A stretch of DNA of 64,000 nt, taken from NCBI GenBank assembly GCA_039964305.1, contig JBDVXS010000100.1, positions 4,924 through 68,923 on the forward strand, written 5' to 3'. The translations under genes and the position numbers were made by a program. The notes under the pieces are model-generated. The model was given only the letters and a program-made list of their open reading frames with translations. It searched no databases and was not told the DNA's origin. Origin of the DNA: Hyphomicrobiales bacterium. GTDB taxonomy: Bacteria > Pseudomonadota > Alphaproteobacteria > Rhizobiales > JACESI01. Of this stretch, positions 18,565-27,127 are shown piece by piece (within the stretch, counting starts at the first letter, position 1; the number at the start of each line of letters is the position of its first letter).

Positions 18565-18806
18565 TCGCCACTGCACTTGGTGTTTTATCGGCTTTGATGA
18601 AGCTCGTAGAGTTGCTTGTTCAAAGCCGTTTCAAGGTTCAAAAAGATCGACAAGACTATGAAACCATCCTTATGCTTAGACAATACCGTGAGCGGCTTGA
18701 AAAGGCTTTGCAAGCCCGCAAAGGCGCCTCTAAAAGCCATGCTGATGTTCTCGATGATGGGCATGATGGTGACAGCTTGCCAGACGACGGGTTTCGTCGC
18801 GACTGA
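18561..18806 (+). CDS. Putative inner-membrane spanin (Rz-like)
   Basis: N-terminal hydrophobic helix, charged helical body and DDGFRRD C-terminus; overlapped by a +1-frame lipoprotein gene. Confidence 0.65.
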   Translation: MIATALGVLSALMKLVELLVQSRFKVQKDRQDYETILMLRQYRERLEKALQARKGASKSHADVLDDGHDGDSLPDDGFRRD

Positions 18807-18933
18807 CATTTCCTGTGACGCTTTTCGTCCAATCAGCTGGTCGAAAAGTGATACCTTAGAAACAACCCTACAAATTCGTGAACACAATGCAGCTTGGCGT
18901 TCGCTCTGTGACGCGTTAGGCAGTAAAAAGTGA
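18697..18933 (+). CDS. Putative outer-membrane lipoprotein spanin (Rz1-like)
   Basis: Likely TTG start, basic n-region, lipobox VTAC (Cys at 18778), mature C..FRPISWSKSDT.ET..QIREHNAAW..LC; +1 frame overlap with 18561-18806. Confidence 0.7.
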   Translation: MKRLCKPAKAPLKAMLMFSMMGMMVTACQTTGFVATDISCDAFRPISWSKSDTLETTLQIREHNAAWRSLCDALGSKK

Positions 18934-18954
18934 GTGGGATGCAGTCGTAATTCC

Positions 18955-18971
18955 ATTCAGACTTTATTCAG
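18955..18971 (+). promoter_or_regulatory. OmpR/PhoP-type direct repeat upstream of feuNPQ
   Basis: ATTCAG-N5-ATTCAG with 11-bp period. Confidence 0.5.
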
Positions 18972-18983
18972 CCGTATTCTGGC

Positions 18984-19289
18984 ATGATCGGATTTATGAA
19001 AAATATTATTGTCCATTGCGCAGTGTTTGCGATCTTTGCTGCTCTCTTTGTTTTTGAGAGCACAGGGTCGTCTCATGCGCAATCGTGCCTAAACCCCGCT
19101 GAACAACGCAAAGCTGTGTCATCTGGTGCCGTAAGGCCGTTTGGTGCGATTGCCTCCCAAGTGCGGGGTGAACTTGTGAATGCGCGTCTTTGTAAAAGTG
19201 GTGGCAGGCTTGTCTATGTTGTCACTGTGTTACGTGGTAGTAAGCGTGTGAATGTGCGGTTTGATGCCCGAAATGGTCAGCGCCTTTAA
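18984..19289 (+). CDS. PepSY-like periplasmic protein (FeuN-like)
   Basis: Signal peptide ending AHA-like (SHA-Q), CL...RKAV.SG and ARLC...LVYVVTVL...FDARNG; upstream of feuPQ; start may be 18996. Confidence 0.75.
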   Translation: MIGFMKNIIVHCAVFAIFAALFVFESTGSSHAQSCLNPAEQRKAVSSGAVRPFGAIASQVRGELVNARLCKSGGRLVYVVTVLRGSKRVNVRFDARNGQRL

Positions 19290-19329
19290 CGCACAGTTAT
19301 TTGGGATTTAGGGTAGGTAAGTTCGACTT

Positions 19330-19998
19330 ATGAGAATTTTAGTCGTTGAAGATGATACAGATTTAAACCGACAATTGCGTGAAGCGCTCACGGATGCTGG
19401 CTATGCCGTCGATACGGCTTTCGATGGTGAAGAAGGCCATTTCCTTGGCGATACTGAACCTTATGATGCTATAGTCCTTGATATCGGCCTGCCAAATAAA
19501 GATGGCATTAGCGTTCTTGAAGAATGGCGGCGCAATGATCGCAATATGCCAGTTCTCGTTCTAACGGCGCGTGATCGCTGGAGCGATAAAGTGCAAGGCA
19601 TTGATGCGGGCGCTGATGATTATGTCGCGAAGCCATTTCATATGGAAGAAGTTCTCGCGCGGCTCAGAGCTTTGACCCGCCGTGCAAGTGGTCATGCCTC
19701 GAACGAATTTGTATGTGGGCCGGTTCGACTTGATGCGAAAACAAGTCGTGTTACCAGTGGCAACGATGTCATCAAATTAACGTCTCACGAATTCCGCGTT
19801 TTGAAATACCTCATGCATCACCCTGATCGCATCGTTTCGCGCACAGAACTTACAGAGCACTTATACGATCAAGATTTTGATCGTGATTCAAACACGATTG
19901 AAGTGTTCGTCGGCCGTCTCCGCAAAAAGTTGGGCGTCAATATCATCGAGACTGTTCGAGGTATGGGGTATCGACTGAGCGAGCCTGATGACGCTTAA
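19330..19998 (+). CDS. feuP: OmpR/PhoP family response regulator FeuP
   Basis: DGEEGHFLGDTEPYDA, WSDKVQGIDAGADDY, HLYDQDFDRDSNTIEVF. Confidence 0.85.
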   Translation: MRILVVEDDTDLNRQLREALTDAGYAVDTAFDGEEGHFLGDTEPYDAIVLDIGLPNKDGISVLEEWRRNDRNMPVLVLTARDRWSDKVQGIDAGADDYVAKPFHMEEVLARLRALTRRASGHASNEFVCGPVRLDAKTSRVTSGNDVIKLTSHEFRVLKYLMHHPDRIVSRTELTEHLYDQDFDRDSNTIEVFVGRLRKKLGVNIIETVRGMGYRLSEPDDA

Positions 19999-21343
19999 CT
20001 CACTCGCGCTCCGTCTGCTGCTGTCGTCTATTCTTTGGAGCATTATGGCGCTTCTGGTTGCAGGCTTTCTTCTCTCGACGCTTTATCAGCAAAGCGTTGA
20101 ACGGGGGTTTGACCAACGCCTCAATGTTTATTTGAAAATTTTGGTGGCAGCTCAAGCGGAAGCCGAAGACCCCATGCGCATGGAAGCACCAAGGTTGACG
20201 GAACCTAATTTCGATTTGGTGCTCTCTGGTTGGTACTGGCAAGTGGCGGAAATGGATGGCGACGTTGTTATCGCCTCAAGGTCGCTTTTCGCTGAAACTC
20301 TCCCCGATATAGATTTCAAAGAACTAGAACTCAACACTGACGGCAGTGTCTCGTTTTATACCATTGGACCAGCCAACAATACGCTGCGCCTTGTTGCGAG
20401 AAACATCACAACGGACCAACATGACCCTGTGATTATTGTTGTTGCTGGTAATGCCAGCGACATTCAACAAGATATCGCACAGTTCAGGCAACGTGTATTT
20501 TTAACCCTTGCCGTTCTTGGTCTTGTTCTGGCTATCTCCACGTTAGTCCAAGTTAAATGGGGGCTTCGGCCACTGCGTAGAATTGCGCGTGGTTTGAATG
20601 ATATTCGTGAAGGGCGCTCGCAAGATTTGCAGGGGAGTTTTCCAACTGAAATTCAACCCTTGGTCAGCGAACTTAATGCATTGATTGGTTTTAATAAGAA
20701 GGTCATTACGCGGGCACGCACCCATGTTGGCAATCTTGCGCATGCATTGAAAACCCCAATCAGTGTTTTACGCAATGAATCGCGTGATTATAAAACACCG
20801 CTGTCAGAAATGGTGGTCGAGCAAACGGACGCCATGCAAAGTCAGGTCAATTACCATCTCGACCGTGCTCAAATTATCGCACGGCGCGGTGTTCTAAGTG
20901 CAGCCAATCCAGTGAAGCCGATATTGGATGGCCTTCTTCGAGCCATGAATAAAATTTACAGCGACAAAAACCTATCCATTACTGAAGATGTAGAAGCAGG
21001 CTTGAAGTTTGCTGGTGAGAGGCGTGACCTTGAAGATGCGCTTGGTAATTTGATCGACAACGCGTGTAAATGGGCTGAAACCCGTGTGGTGGTTACAGCA
21101 TATAAGGAACAGAGTTTTCTTGTTTTATGTATAGAAGATGATGGTCCTGGATTAACCGAAGAAGAACAGGAAAAAGCCAGAAAGCGGGGCGAACGACTTG
21201 ATGAACAAACACCGGGCTCTGGTCTTGGGCTTTCTATCGTTCATGATCTGGTAAATGCCTACGATGGGGCGTTCTCAATGGGCCGATCTGAGCTTGGGGG
21301 CTTGATTGCTGTGCTTTCTTTCCCAATTCCTGAAATCCCTTAA
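19988..21343 (+). CDS. feuQ: Sensor histidine kinase FeuQ
   Basis: SGWYWQ periplasmic motif, HAMP, RARTHVGNLAHALKTP H-box. Confidence 0.82.
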   Translation: MTLNSLALRLLLSSILWSIMALLVAGFLLSTLYQQSVERGFDQRLNVYLKILVAAQAEAEDPMRMEAPRLTEPNFDLVLSGWYWQVAEMDGDVVIASRSLFAETLPDIDFKELELNTDGSVSFYTIGPANNTLRLVARNITTDQHDPVIIVVAGNASDIQQDIAQFRQRVFLTLAVLGLVLAISTLVQVKWGLRPLRRIARGLNDIREGRSQDLQGSFPTEIQPLVSELNALIGFNKKVITRARTHVGNLAHALKTPISVLRNESRDYKTPLSEMVVEQTDAMQSQVNYHLDRAQIIARRGVLSAANPVKPILDGLLRAMNKIYSDKNLSITEDVEAGLKFAGERRDLEDALGNLIDNACKWAETRVVVTAYKEQSFLVLCIEDDGPGLTEEEQEKARKRGERLDEQTPGSGLGLSIVHDLVNAYDGAFSMGRSELGGLIAVLSFPIPEIP

Positions 21344-21409
21344 GTCTTTGTTTACGATAACAATTAAGGTGGCATTAGTTACAGTGCGTCATAATTAACC
21401 CTCGTTTAT
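21340..21409. promoter_or_regulatory. Three CtrA-like boxes upstream of the surface lipoprotein gene
   Basis: TTAA-N7-TTTA (21340-21354), TTAA-N7-TTAG (21364-21378), TTAA-N7-TTAT (21395-21409). Confidence 0.5.
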
Positions 21410-21479
21410 GTGGCTACCTAACTGCTGGCATACATAGCTATCTGTTTCGAGTACCAACCGTTCAACTGAGGGAATTCTC

Positions 21480-21947
21480 ATGTTCAAAACCATCGCTTCT
21501 ATTGCTTGTTTATCTTTTTGTCTCGCTGGTTGCCAAACCGGCAATTTGTTAACTGGCCAAAATGCCGGTGCCCTTGGCGGAGCTGCCCTTGGTGGCTTTG
21601 TTGGTAATAAATTCGGTGCGGGTAAAGGTCGCGTGCTTACGACCGCAGGCGGTACCATTTTAGGCGGTGCGGCTGGTAGCATTCTGGGCGGCCGTCTAGA
21701 CCAGCGTGATGTTAGCAGTGCACAACAAGCACAAACCACTGCTTTGCAGCAGCAAGCAGGCCAGCCTATTTCTTGGACAAACCCAAATACGGGGACTGCG
21801 GGCCAAGTGGTTAGTGGTGCAAGTTATGCCATTAATGGTCGCGAATGCCGTGACTATACCCATACGCTCAATGTGAACAATCAACCAGAGCAATTGCGCG
21901 GTGTTGCTTGTCGCCAGCCAGATGGTAGCTGGCAAGCGGTCTCATAG
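21480..21947 (+). CDS. 17-kDa surface antigen-like glycine-zipper lipoprotein
   Basis: Lipobox LAGC, glycine zipper, W.NP.TG, CRDYTHT, G.ACRQPDGSW. Confidence 0.9.
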   Translation: MFKTIASIACLSFCLAGCQTGNLLTGQNAGALGGAALGGFVGNKFGAGKGRVLTTAGGTILGGAAGSILGGRLDQRDVSSAQQAQTTALQQQAGQPISWTNPNTGTAGQVVSGASYAINGRECRDYTHTLNVNNQPEQLRGVACRQPDGSWQAVS

Positions 21948-22010
21948 AGATTTTTTCTAAGACGAATTCACGTCATTTCACGTTTTAGATATCGCTGATT
22001 GGTTTACTGG

Positions 22011-22039
22011 CGTTTATGGTTACCTTAAAACCATAAACG
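22011..22039. promoter_or_regulatory. Perfect 11-bp inverted repeat upstream of the OsmC-fusion gene
   Basis: CGTTTATGGTT-accttaa-AACCATAAACG. Confidence 0.5.
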
Positions 22040-22067
22040 TCATATTCCAATTACAGGGTTATCTTCC

Positions 22068-23297
22068 ATGCCATCTCCCCAACGCGTCTCCTTTCAAGGA
22101 GCTTTTGAAAACAAGCTCGCCGGCCGCCTCGATTTGCCGACTGGCCCAATACGCGCTTACGCGTTGTTTGCCCACTGCTTCACTTGCTCGAAAGATATTT
22201 TCGCAGCCAAACGAGTGGCCGCCGAACTGTCTGGCAAAGGGATCGCTGTCTTGCGGTTTGATTTCACCGGACTTGGTTCCAGTGAAGGCGAATTTTCAAA
22301 CACGAATTTTTCTTCCAACATTCAAGACTTAGAACACGCGGTAGATTTCATGAGGGATACTTATGAAGCGCCGTCAATCTTGATTGGCCATTCGCTTGGT
22401 GGTGCCGCTGTTTTATCTGTTGCGGGTTCAATTCCAGAGGTCAAAGCAGTCGTAACCATCGGCGCGCCTTCTGATGCTGCTCATGTGGCTCACAATTTTG
22501 GTGCAAACCTTGATAAGATTGAGCAAGAGGGTGAAGTCTCTCTTCAACTTGCAGGTCGTCCCTTCACCATCAAAAAGCAGTTCATTGACGATTTGCATGC
22601 AGTCAGTGTTGCTGATCGTGCCGCCACGATGAAGAAAGCACTGATGGTTCTTCATTCACCTATCGATAGTACAGTGGGCATTGAAAATGCAGCGGCGATA
22701 TTTGCAGCGGCTAAACATCCAAAGAGTTTTGTGTCGTTGGATGATGCCGATCACCTGTTAACTCGTCCACAAGATGCTTCTTATGCAGCAACGGTCATTG
22801 CAGCTTGGGTATCGCGCTTTGTTGGCGGTGATGAAACGGCGGATATTGATCACGAAGGTGGTGTATTGGTTGCTGAAACAGGGCAGGGCAAATTTCAAAA
22901 TGTTATCCGCGCAGGTAAGCATCATCTAATAGCGGATGAACCAACTAAGGTTGGCGGGCTGGACACGGGGCCAGGACCTTACGATTATCTAGCAGCAGCG
23001 CTTGGTTCTTGCACCACAATGACCCTTCGCATGTACGCTGATTTCAAAAAACTTGATCTTGGGCGCATCTCTGTTGAGGTCAATCACGGCAAGGTCTATG
23101 CGAAAGATTGCCATGAATGTTCACAAAGCATGATTGAGCGCGGTGGTAAGGTTGATCGGTTCGAACGCAAAATCACCGTGCAAGGTGAGATTGATGCGGA
23201 AACAGAGGCTAAACTTCTTGAAATCGCTGATAAATGTCCTGTTCACAAAACACTAGAACACAATGCTGCCGTGGTGACGAACATTACAAAATCGTAA
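22068..23297 (+). CDS. Bifunctional alpha/beta hydrolase / OsmC family protein
   Basis: FAHCFTCSKD, GHSLGG, ADEP..VGG.D.GP.PYD.L..ALGSCT.MT, IADKCPVH. Confidence 0.93.
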   Translation: MPSPQRVSFQGAFENKLAGRLDLPTGPIRAYALFAHCFTCSKDIFAAKRVAAELSGKGIAVLRFDFTGLGSSEGEFSNTNFSSNIQDLEHAVDFMRDTYEAPSILIGHSLGGAAVLSVAGSIPEVKAVVTIGAPSDAAHVAHNFGANLDKIEQEGEVSLQLAGRPFTIKKQFIDDLHAVSVADRAATMKKALMVLHSPIDSTVGIENAAAIFAAAKHPKSFVSLDDADHLLTRPQDASYAATVIAAWVSRFVGGDETADIDHEGGVLVAETGQGKFQNVIRAGKHHLIADEPTKVGGLDTGPGPYDYLAAALGSCTTMTLRMYADFKKLDLGRISVEVNHGKVYAKDCHECSQSMIERGGKVDRFERKITVQGEIDAETEAKLLEIADKCPVHKTLEHNAAVVTNITKS

Positions 23298-23300
23298 TGT
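23281..23300. promoter_or_regulatory. Inverted repeat upstream of degP (possible response-regulator site)
   Basis: ACATTAC-N6-GTAATGT overlapping the stop of the upstream gene. Confidence 0.3.
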
Positions 23301-23406
23301 TCACGAAAGGCAATTGTAAGGTTGGGTATTCCATATTGTTGACAACGAACTGGTTATAGGGCGCGAGTGCGCTCTGTAATCTCGTCAATCAATATGGAGC
23401 CCCCAA

Positions 23407-24954
23407 ATGAAATCTTCATCTACTTCTTTTCGTAAATCTTTCCGCGCTGCAATTCTGGGCGCAACCAGCCTTGGCCTTGCCGGTTTTGTTGCTGCACCCA
23501 CTCTTTTAAGCACTTCGACAGCTGCTTATGCTGAACCTGTTCGTGTGGAAGGCCAACAAGTCATCGGTTTTGCTGATGTGGTGGAAAAAGTGACGCCGGC
23601 CGTGGTTAGCGTGCGCGTGAAGTCAGATGTGAAAACACGTAATTTCAGCCAGAGTGGTGGCAACCCGCTAGATATCATTCCAGGCTTCCGTGACCTGCCA
23701 AAAGATCACCCTTTTAATCGTTTCTTCCGTGAGTTCGGCGAGCGTGGCGAACGTGGTGAGCAACAAGGCCAAAAGAAAAAAGACGGCACTGAAACACCTC
23801 GCCGTCGCTTTAGTGGCCAAGGGTCAGGCTTCTTCATCACAGAAGATGGATTGGTTGTAACCAACAATCACGTTGTTGATGGTGGTGCCGAATTTTTTGT
23901 TGTGACAAATGATGGCACAGAGCTTGAAGCTGAATTGATCGGTAAAGATGCCCGCACTGACTTGGCGTTGTTGCAAGTTAAAGAGAAAAAGAAGTTCACC
24001 TATGTGAAGTTCGCTGATGCAGATAGCCGTGTTGGTGAATGGGTCGTGGCAGTTGGTAACCCGTTTGGTTTGGGTGGCACAGTAACGGCTGGTATTATCT
24101 CAGCGCGTGGTCGTGACATTGGTGCAAGCCGTTACAATGACTTCATCCAAATCGATGCAGCCGTCAACAAAGGTAACTCGGGCGGTCCTGCGTTCAATTT
24201 GAATGGTGAAGTAATTGGTATCAACACGGCAATCTTCTCCCCTTCAGGTGGTAACGTTGGTATTGCTTTCGCAATCCCTGCTGAGACTGCAAAGTCAGTC
24301 ATCACGGATCTAAGAAGCGACGGTAAAGTGGTGCGTGGTTTCCTTGGTGTTCAAATTCAAGATATCACCCGCGATCTTGCCGATGGCATTGGTCTAGCTG
24401 ATACGGCTGGGGCATTGGTGGCATCGACGACGCCTGAAACGCCTGCTGGTAAAGCTGGCGTGAAGTCTGGCGATGCAATCATCGCGGTTAATGGCGAGAA
24501 AGTGGAAGACACGAAAGACTTGTCCCGCCGTATTGCAGGCTTCCGCCCAGATACAAAAGTGGCGCTGACAGTATTCAGAGCTGGAGAATCGCAAGACATC
24601 GAAGTAACGCTTGGCACCTTGCCAGAGCGCATTAGACAAGCAGCTGTCAAACCAGAGCCTGCAAAACCAGCAGAGCCTGAAGCAATGGAAGAGTTTGGTC
24701 TTGAGCTTAAAACGGCAGAAGGCGGCGATGGCTTGGAAGTGACACAAATTTCTCCAACTAGCGTATTGGTCGGTAAAGCATTGCGTGTTGGCGACAAGAT
24801 TTCGCAAATTGACAGCCAAGATGTCGATACGCCGAAAGCGGCAAAGGACGTTATTGCAGCCGCTCGTGAGAAGGGCAAAAAAGCAGTCCTTCTGCGTGTG
24901 GAAAGTGCCAATGGCATCCGTTTCGTGGCTTTGCCTTTGAAGAAAAAAGGCTAA
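23407..24954 (+). CDS. degP: Do/DegP family periplasmic serine endoprotease with two PDZ domains
   Basis: GSGF, VTNNHVV, TDLALL, DAAVNKGNSGGP catalytic motifs. Confidence 0.93.
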   Translation: MKSSSTSFRKSFRAAILGATSLGLAGFVAAPTLLSTSTAAYAEPVRVEGQQVIGFADVVEKVTPAVVSVRVKSDVKTRNFSQSGGNPLDIIPGFRDLPKDHPFNRFFREFGERGERGEQQGQKKKDGTETPRRRFSGQGSGFFITEDGLVVTNNHVVDGGAEFFVVTNDGTELEAELIGKDARTDLALLQVKEKKKFTYVKFADADSRVGEWVVAVGNPFGLGGTVTAGIISARGRDIGASRYNDFIQIDAAVNKGNSGGPAFNLNGEVIGINTAIFSPSGGNVGIAFAIPAETAKSVITDLRSDGKVVRGFLGVQIQDITRDLADGIGLADTAGALVASTTPETPAGKAGVKSGDAIIAVNGEKVEDTKDLSRRIAGFRPDTKVALTVFRAGESQDIEVTLGTLPERIRQAAVKPEPAKPAEPEAMEEFGLELKTAEGGDGLEVTQISPTSVLVGKALRVGDKISQIDSQDVDTPKAAKDVIAAAREKGKKAVLLRVESANGIRFVALPLKKKG

Positions 24955-24969
24955 CACCAACAACTAATA

Positions 24970-25006
24970 AATCGGCTGCCCTTGCATTAAGCATCGGCAG
25001 CCGATT
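24970..25006. terminator. Stem-loop after degP (terminator or mRNA stability element)
   Basis: AATCGGCTGCC-N15-GGCAGCCGATT; no strong U tract on the + strand. Confidence 0.5.
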
Positions 25007-25041
25007 ATCTCAACTTCGACGACTGTTCGGGGTTTTACCAA

Positions 25042-25728
25042 ATGCGCATCCTCCTCATTGAAGACGATACTGAAGCAGCAAGCTATTTGACCAAGGCGCT
25101 CAATGAAGCAGGTCACGTGGTTGAGCAAGCAAGCGACGGCGAGGAAGGTTATTTCCTTGCAAGTGGCAGTGACTACGATGTTTTGGTCGTGGACCGCATG
25201 TTGCCTAAGCGTGATGGCTTGTCCGTAATTGCTAGTTTGCGAGCGGAAGATAATCAAACCCCCGTTCTGATCCTTTCCGCTCTTGGCCAAGTTGATGACC
25301 GTGTAGAAGGTTTGCGGGCAGGCGGGGATGACTATCTCACCAAGCCTTATGCTTTTATTGAATTGCTTGCCCGCATTGAAGTTCTGGCGAAACGTCGTGG
25401 TGGCGTTAATGAGCAAGACACGACGTTAAAAGTAGCCGACCTTGAGCTTGACCGCCTCGCACACTCTGTTCATCGTGGAGGCACCGAGATTGTGCTTCAA
25501 CCGAGGGAGTTTCGCCTGCTTGAATTTCTCATGAAGAATGCGGGCCAAGTGGTCACCCGCACGATGCTTTTGGAAAACGTTTGGGATTATCATTTTGATC
25601 CGCAGACAAATGTCATCGACGTCCACATCTCCCGCCTGCGTTCTAAAATAGACAAAGGCTTTGACGAACCTTTGGTCCACACCATGCGCGGTGCTGGCTA
25701 TGTGTTGAAGTCGGCAAAGAGGAAATAG
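25042..25728 (+). CDS. OmpR family response regulator
   Basis: Receiver domain (DRMLP, GGDDYLTKP) plus winged helix (VWDYHFDPQTNVIDVHISRLR). Confidence 0.93.
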   Translation: MRILLIEDDTEAASYLTKALNEAGHVVEQASDGEEGYFLASGSDYDVLVVDRMLPKRDGLSVIASLRAEDNQTPVLILSALGQVDDRVEGLRAGGDDYLTKPYAFIELLARIEVLAKRRGGVNEQDTTLKVADLELDRLAHSVHRGGTEIVLQPREFRLLEFLMKNAGQVVTRTMLLENVWDYHFDPQTNVIDVHISRLRSKIDKGFDEPLVHTMRGAGYVLKSAKRK

Positions 25729-25732
25729 GGCG

Positions 25733-27127
25733 GTGTTCGGCGCGTTCTTCAAAACCACGGCTGTTAAACTAACGCTGATCTACATGACAGTGTTCATCGC
25801 CTTTACAATCGCGATGGTTGGTTATCTTGCTTACACGCTGAACAATCAGTTGAGCACGCAGTTAAACCAGACGATTAGTTCTGAACTTGCGGGTCTTAAT
25901 GATCACTACGATCAAAATGGTATTCGCGGCCTACTCGATCATCTCGATTCAAGAAGTCGGTTGCCGGGCGCACCTGCGTTGCTGGTGACAAACTTCCAAG
26001 GCCGTGGGCTTGCTGGCAACATACCGAACCTGCCGCCAGATTTTCTTTCCTTAGACCGTCAAGCCCTGCATCCTCTTCCCTATAATCGCCTGCGCTCGAA
26101 TGGCGATATTGAGAATACGGTTGCGATGGTTCGTATTTTCAATCTGCCCAGCGGCTTTTATCTCATCATTGGTCGTGATGTTGGTGAGCGCGAAGAATTC
26201 AAGCAGATTATATCGGGCTTTATCTTGATTATGATGGTCTCCCTTGTGATTTTGGGGTTCTTAAGCTGGTTCCTCGTGGGGCGACGAGTGTTGCGGCGCA
26301 TTGATACGATGTCTGCAACCAGCCAGACGATTGTCGCTGGAAACCTGTCAGAGCGATTGGCGATTGATGGGTCAGGTGATGAGTTTGATCGGCTAGCTGG
26401 TAATCTCAATGATATGTTGGACCGCATTGAAGCGCTACTGAATGGCCTCAAGGATGTTTCCGACAACATTGCCCATGATTTAAAAACGCCGCTCACACGC
26501 ATGCGAAACCGTGTGGAGTCCGTTCTTGCTAGTAAAGCGGGCAAAGGGGATATGAAAGAAGCGCTAGAAGGAACGATTGTTGAATCAGATCAATTGATCA
26601 ATATCTTCGATGCGCTGTTACGCATTGCGCGCGTTGAGGCGGGGTCATCGATTGGAACCGATCAAAGTATCAATCTTGATGCGATGGTTGCGGATGTGGT
26701 GGAGCTTTATGAGCCAGTTGCAGAAGATGAAGGGCTGACGCTCACTCATCACTCATCTGGTGAAACCCGCGAGTTAGCCGTAAACCGTGAACTGTTAAGT
26801 CAAGCGATTGCTAACTTGGTCGACAACGCGATCAAATATGCGGGTAGAGGGGCCAAAATTGAAACGGCTGTTACCTTTGAGCCTAGCAGGGCTATAATAA
26901 CGGTTGCCGATGATGGGCCTGGCATTGATGCAAAGGACTTTGAACGCGTGAAAAAGCGGTTTACCCGATTGGATGAAAGCAGAAGCAAGTCTGGCAGTGG
27001 CTTGGGTTTGAGCCTCGTTTCTGTGGTTGCCAAGTTGCATGGTGGGGCGCTTGATTTTGACAATAATAATCCAGGGTTGATTGCTCAAATTGAACTGCCG
27101 ATCACCCGCAAAGGAGCTACCCATTGA
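25733..27127 (+). CDS. HAMP-domain sensor histidine kinase
   Basis: Two TM, DEFDRLA HAMP, NIAHDLKTPL H-box, NLVDNAIKY; GTG start. Confidence 0.93.
   Translation: MFGAFFKTTAVKLTLIYMTVFIAFTIAMVGYLAYTLNNQLSTQLNQTISSELAGLNDHYDQNGIRGLLDHLDSRSRLPGAPALLVTNFQGRGLAGNIPNLPPDFLSLDRQALHPLPYNRLRSNGDIENTVAMVRIFNLPSGFYLIIGRDVGEREEFKQIISGFILIMMVSLVILGFLSWFLVGRRVLRRIDTMSATSQTIVAGNLSERLAIDGSGDEFDRLAGNLNDMLDRIEALLNGLKDVSDNIAHDLKTPLTRMRNRVESVLASKAGKGDMKEALEGTIVESDQLINIFDALLRIARVEAGSSIGTDQSINLDAMVADVVELYEPVAEDEGLTLTHHSSGETRELAVNRELLSQAIANLVDNAIKYAGRGAKIETAVTFEPSRAIITVADDGPGIDAKDFERVKKRFTRLDESRSKSGSGLGLSLVSVVAKLHGGALDFDNNNPGLIAQIELPITRKGATH

Noticed and set aside
18308-18661. 117-aa ORF in the track spanning the GTA scar
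   Set aside because: Looks like a chimera: only the PDWLKIREAY segment appears meaningful, and the rest overlaps the holin remnant and spanin in other frames
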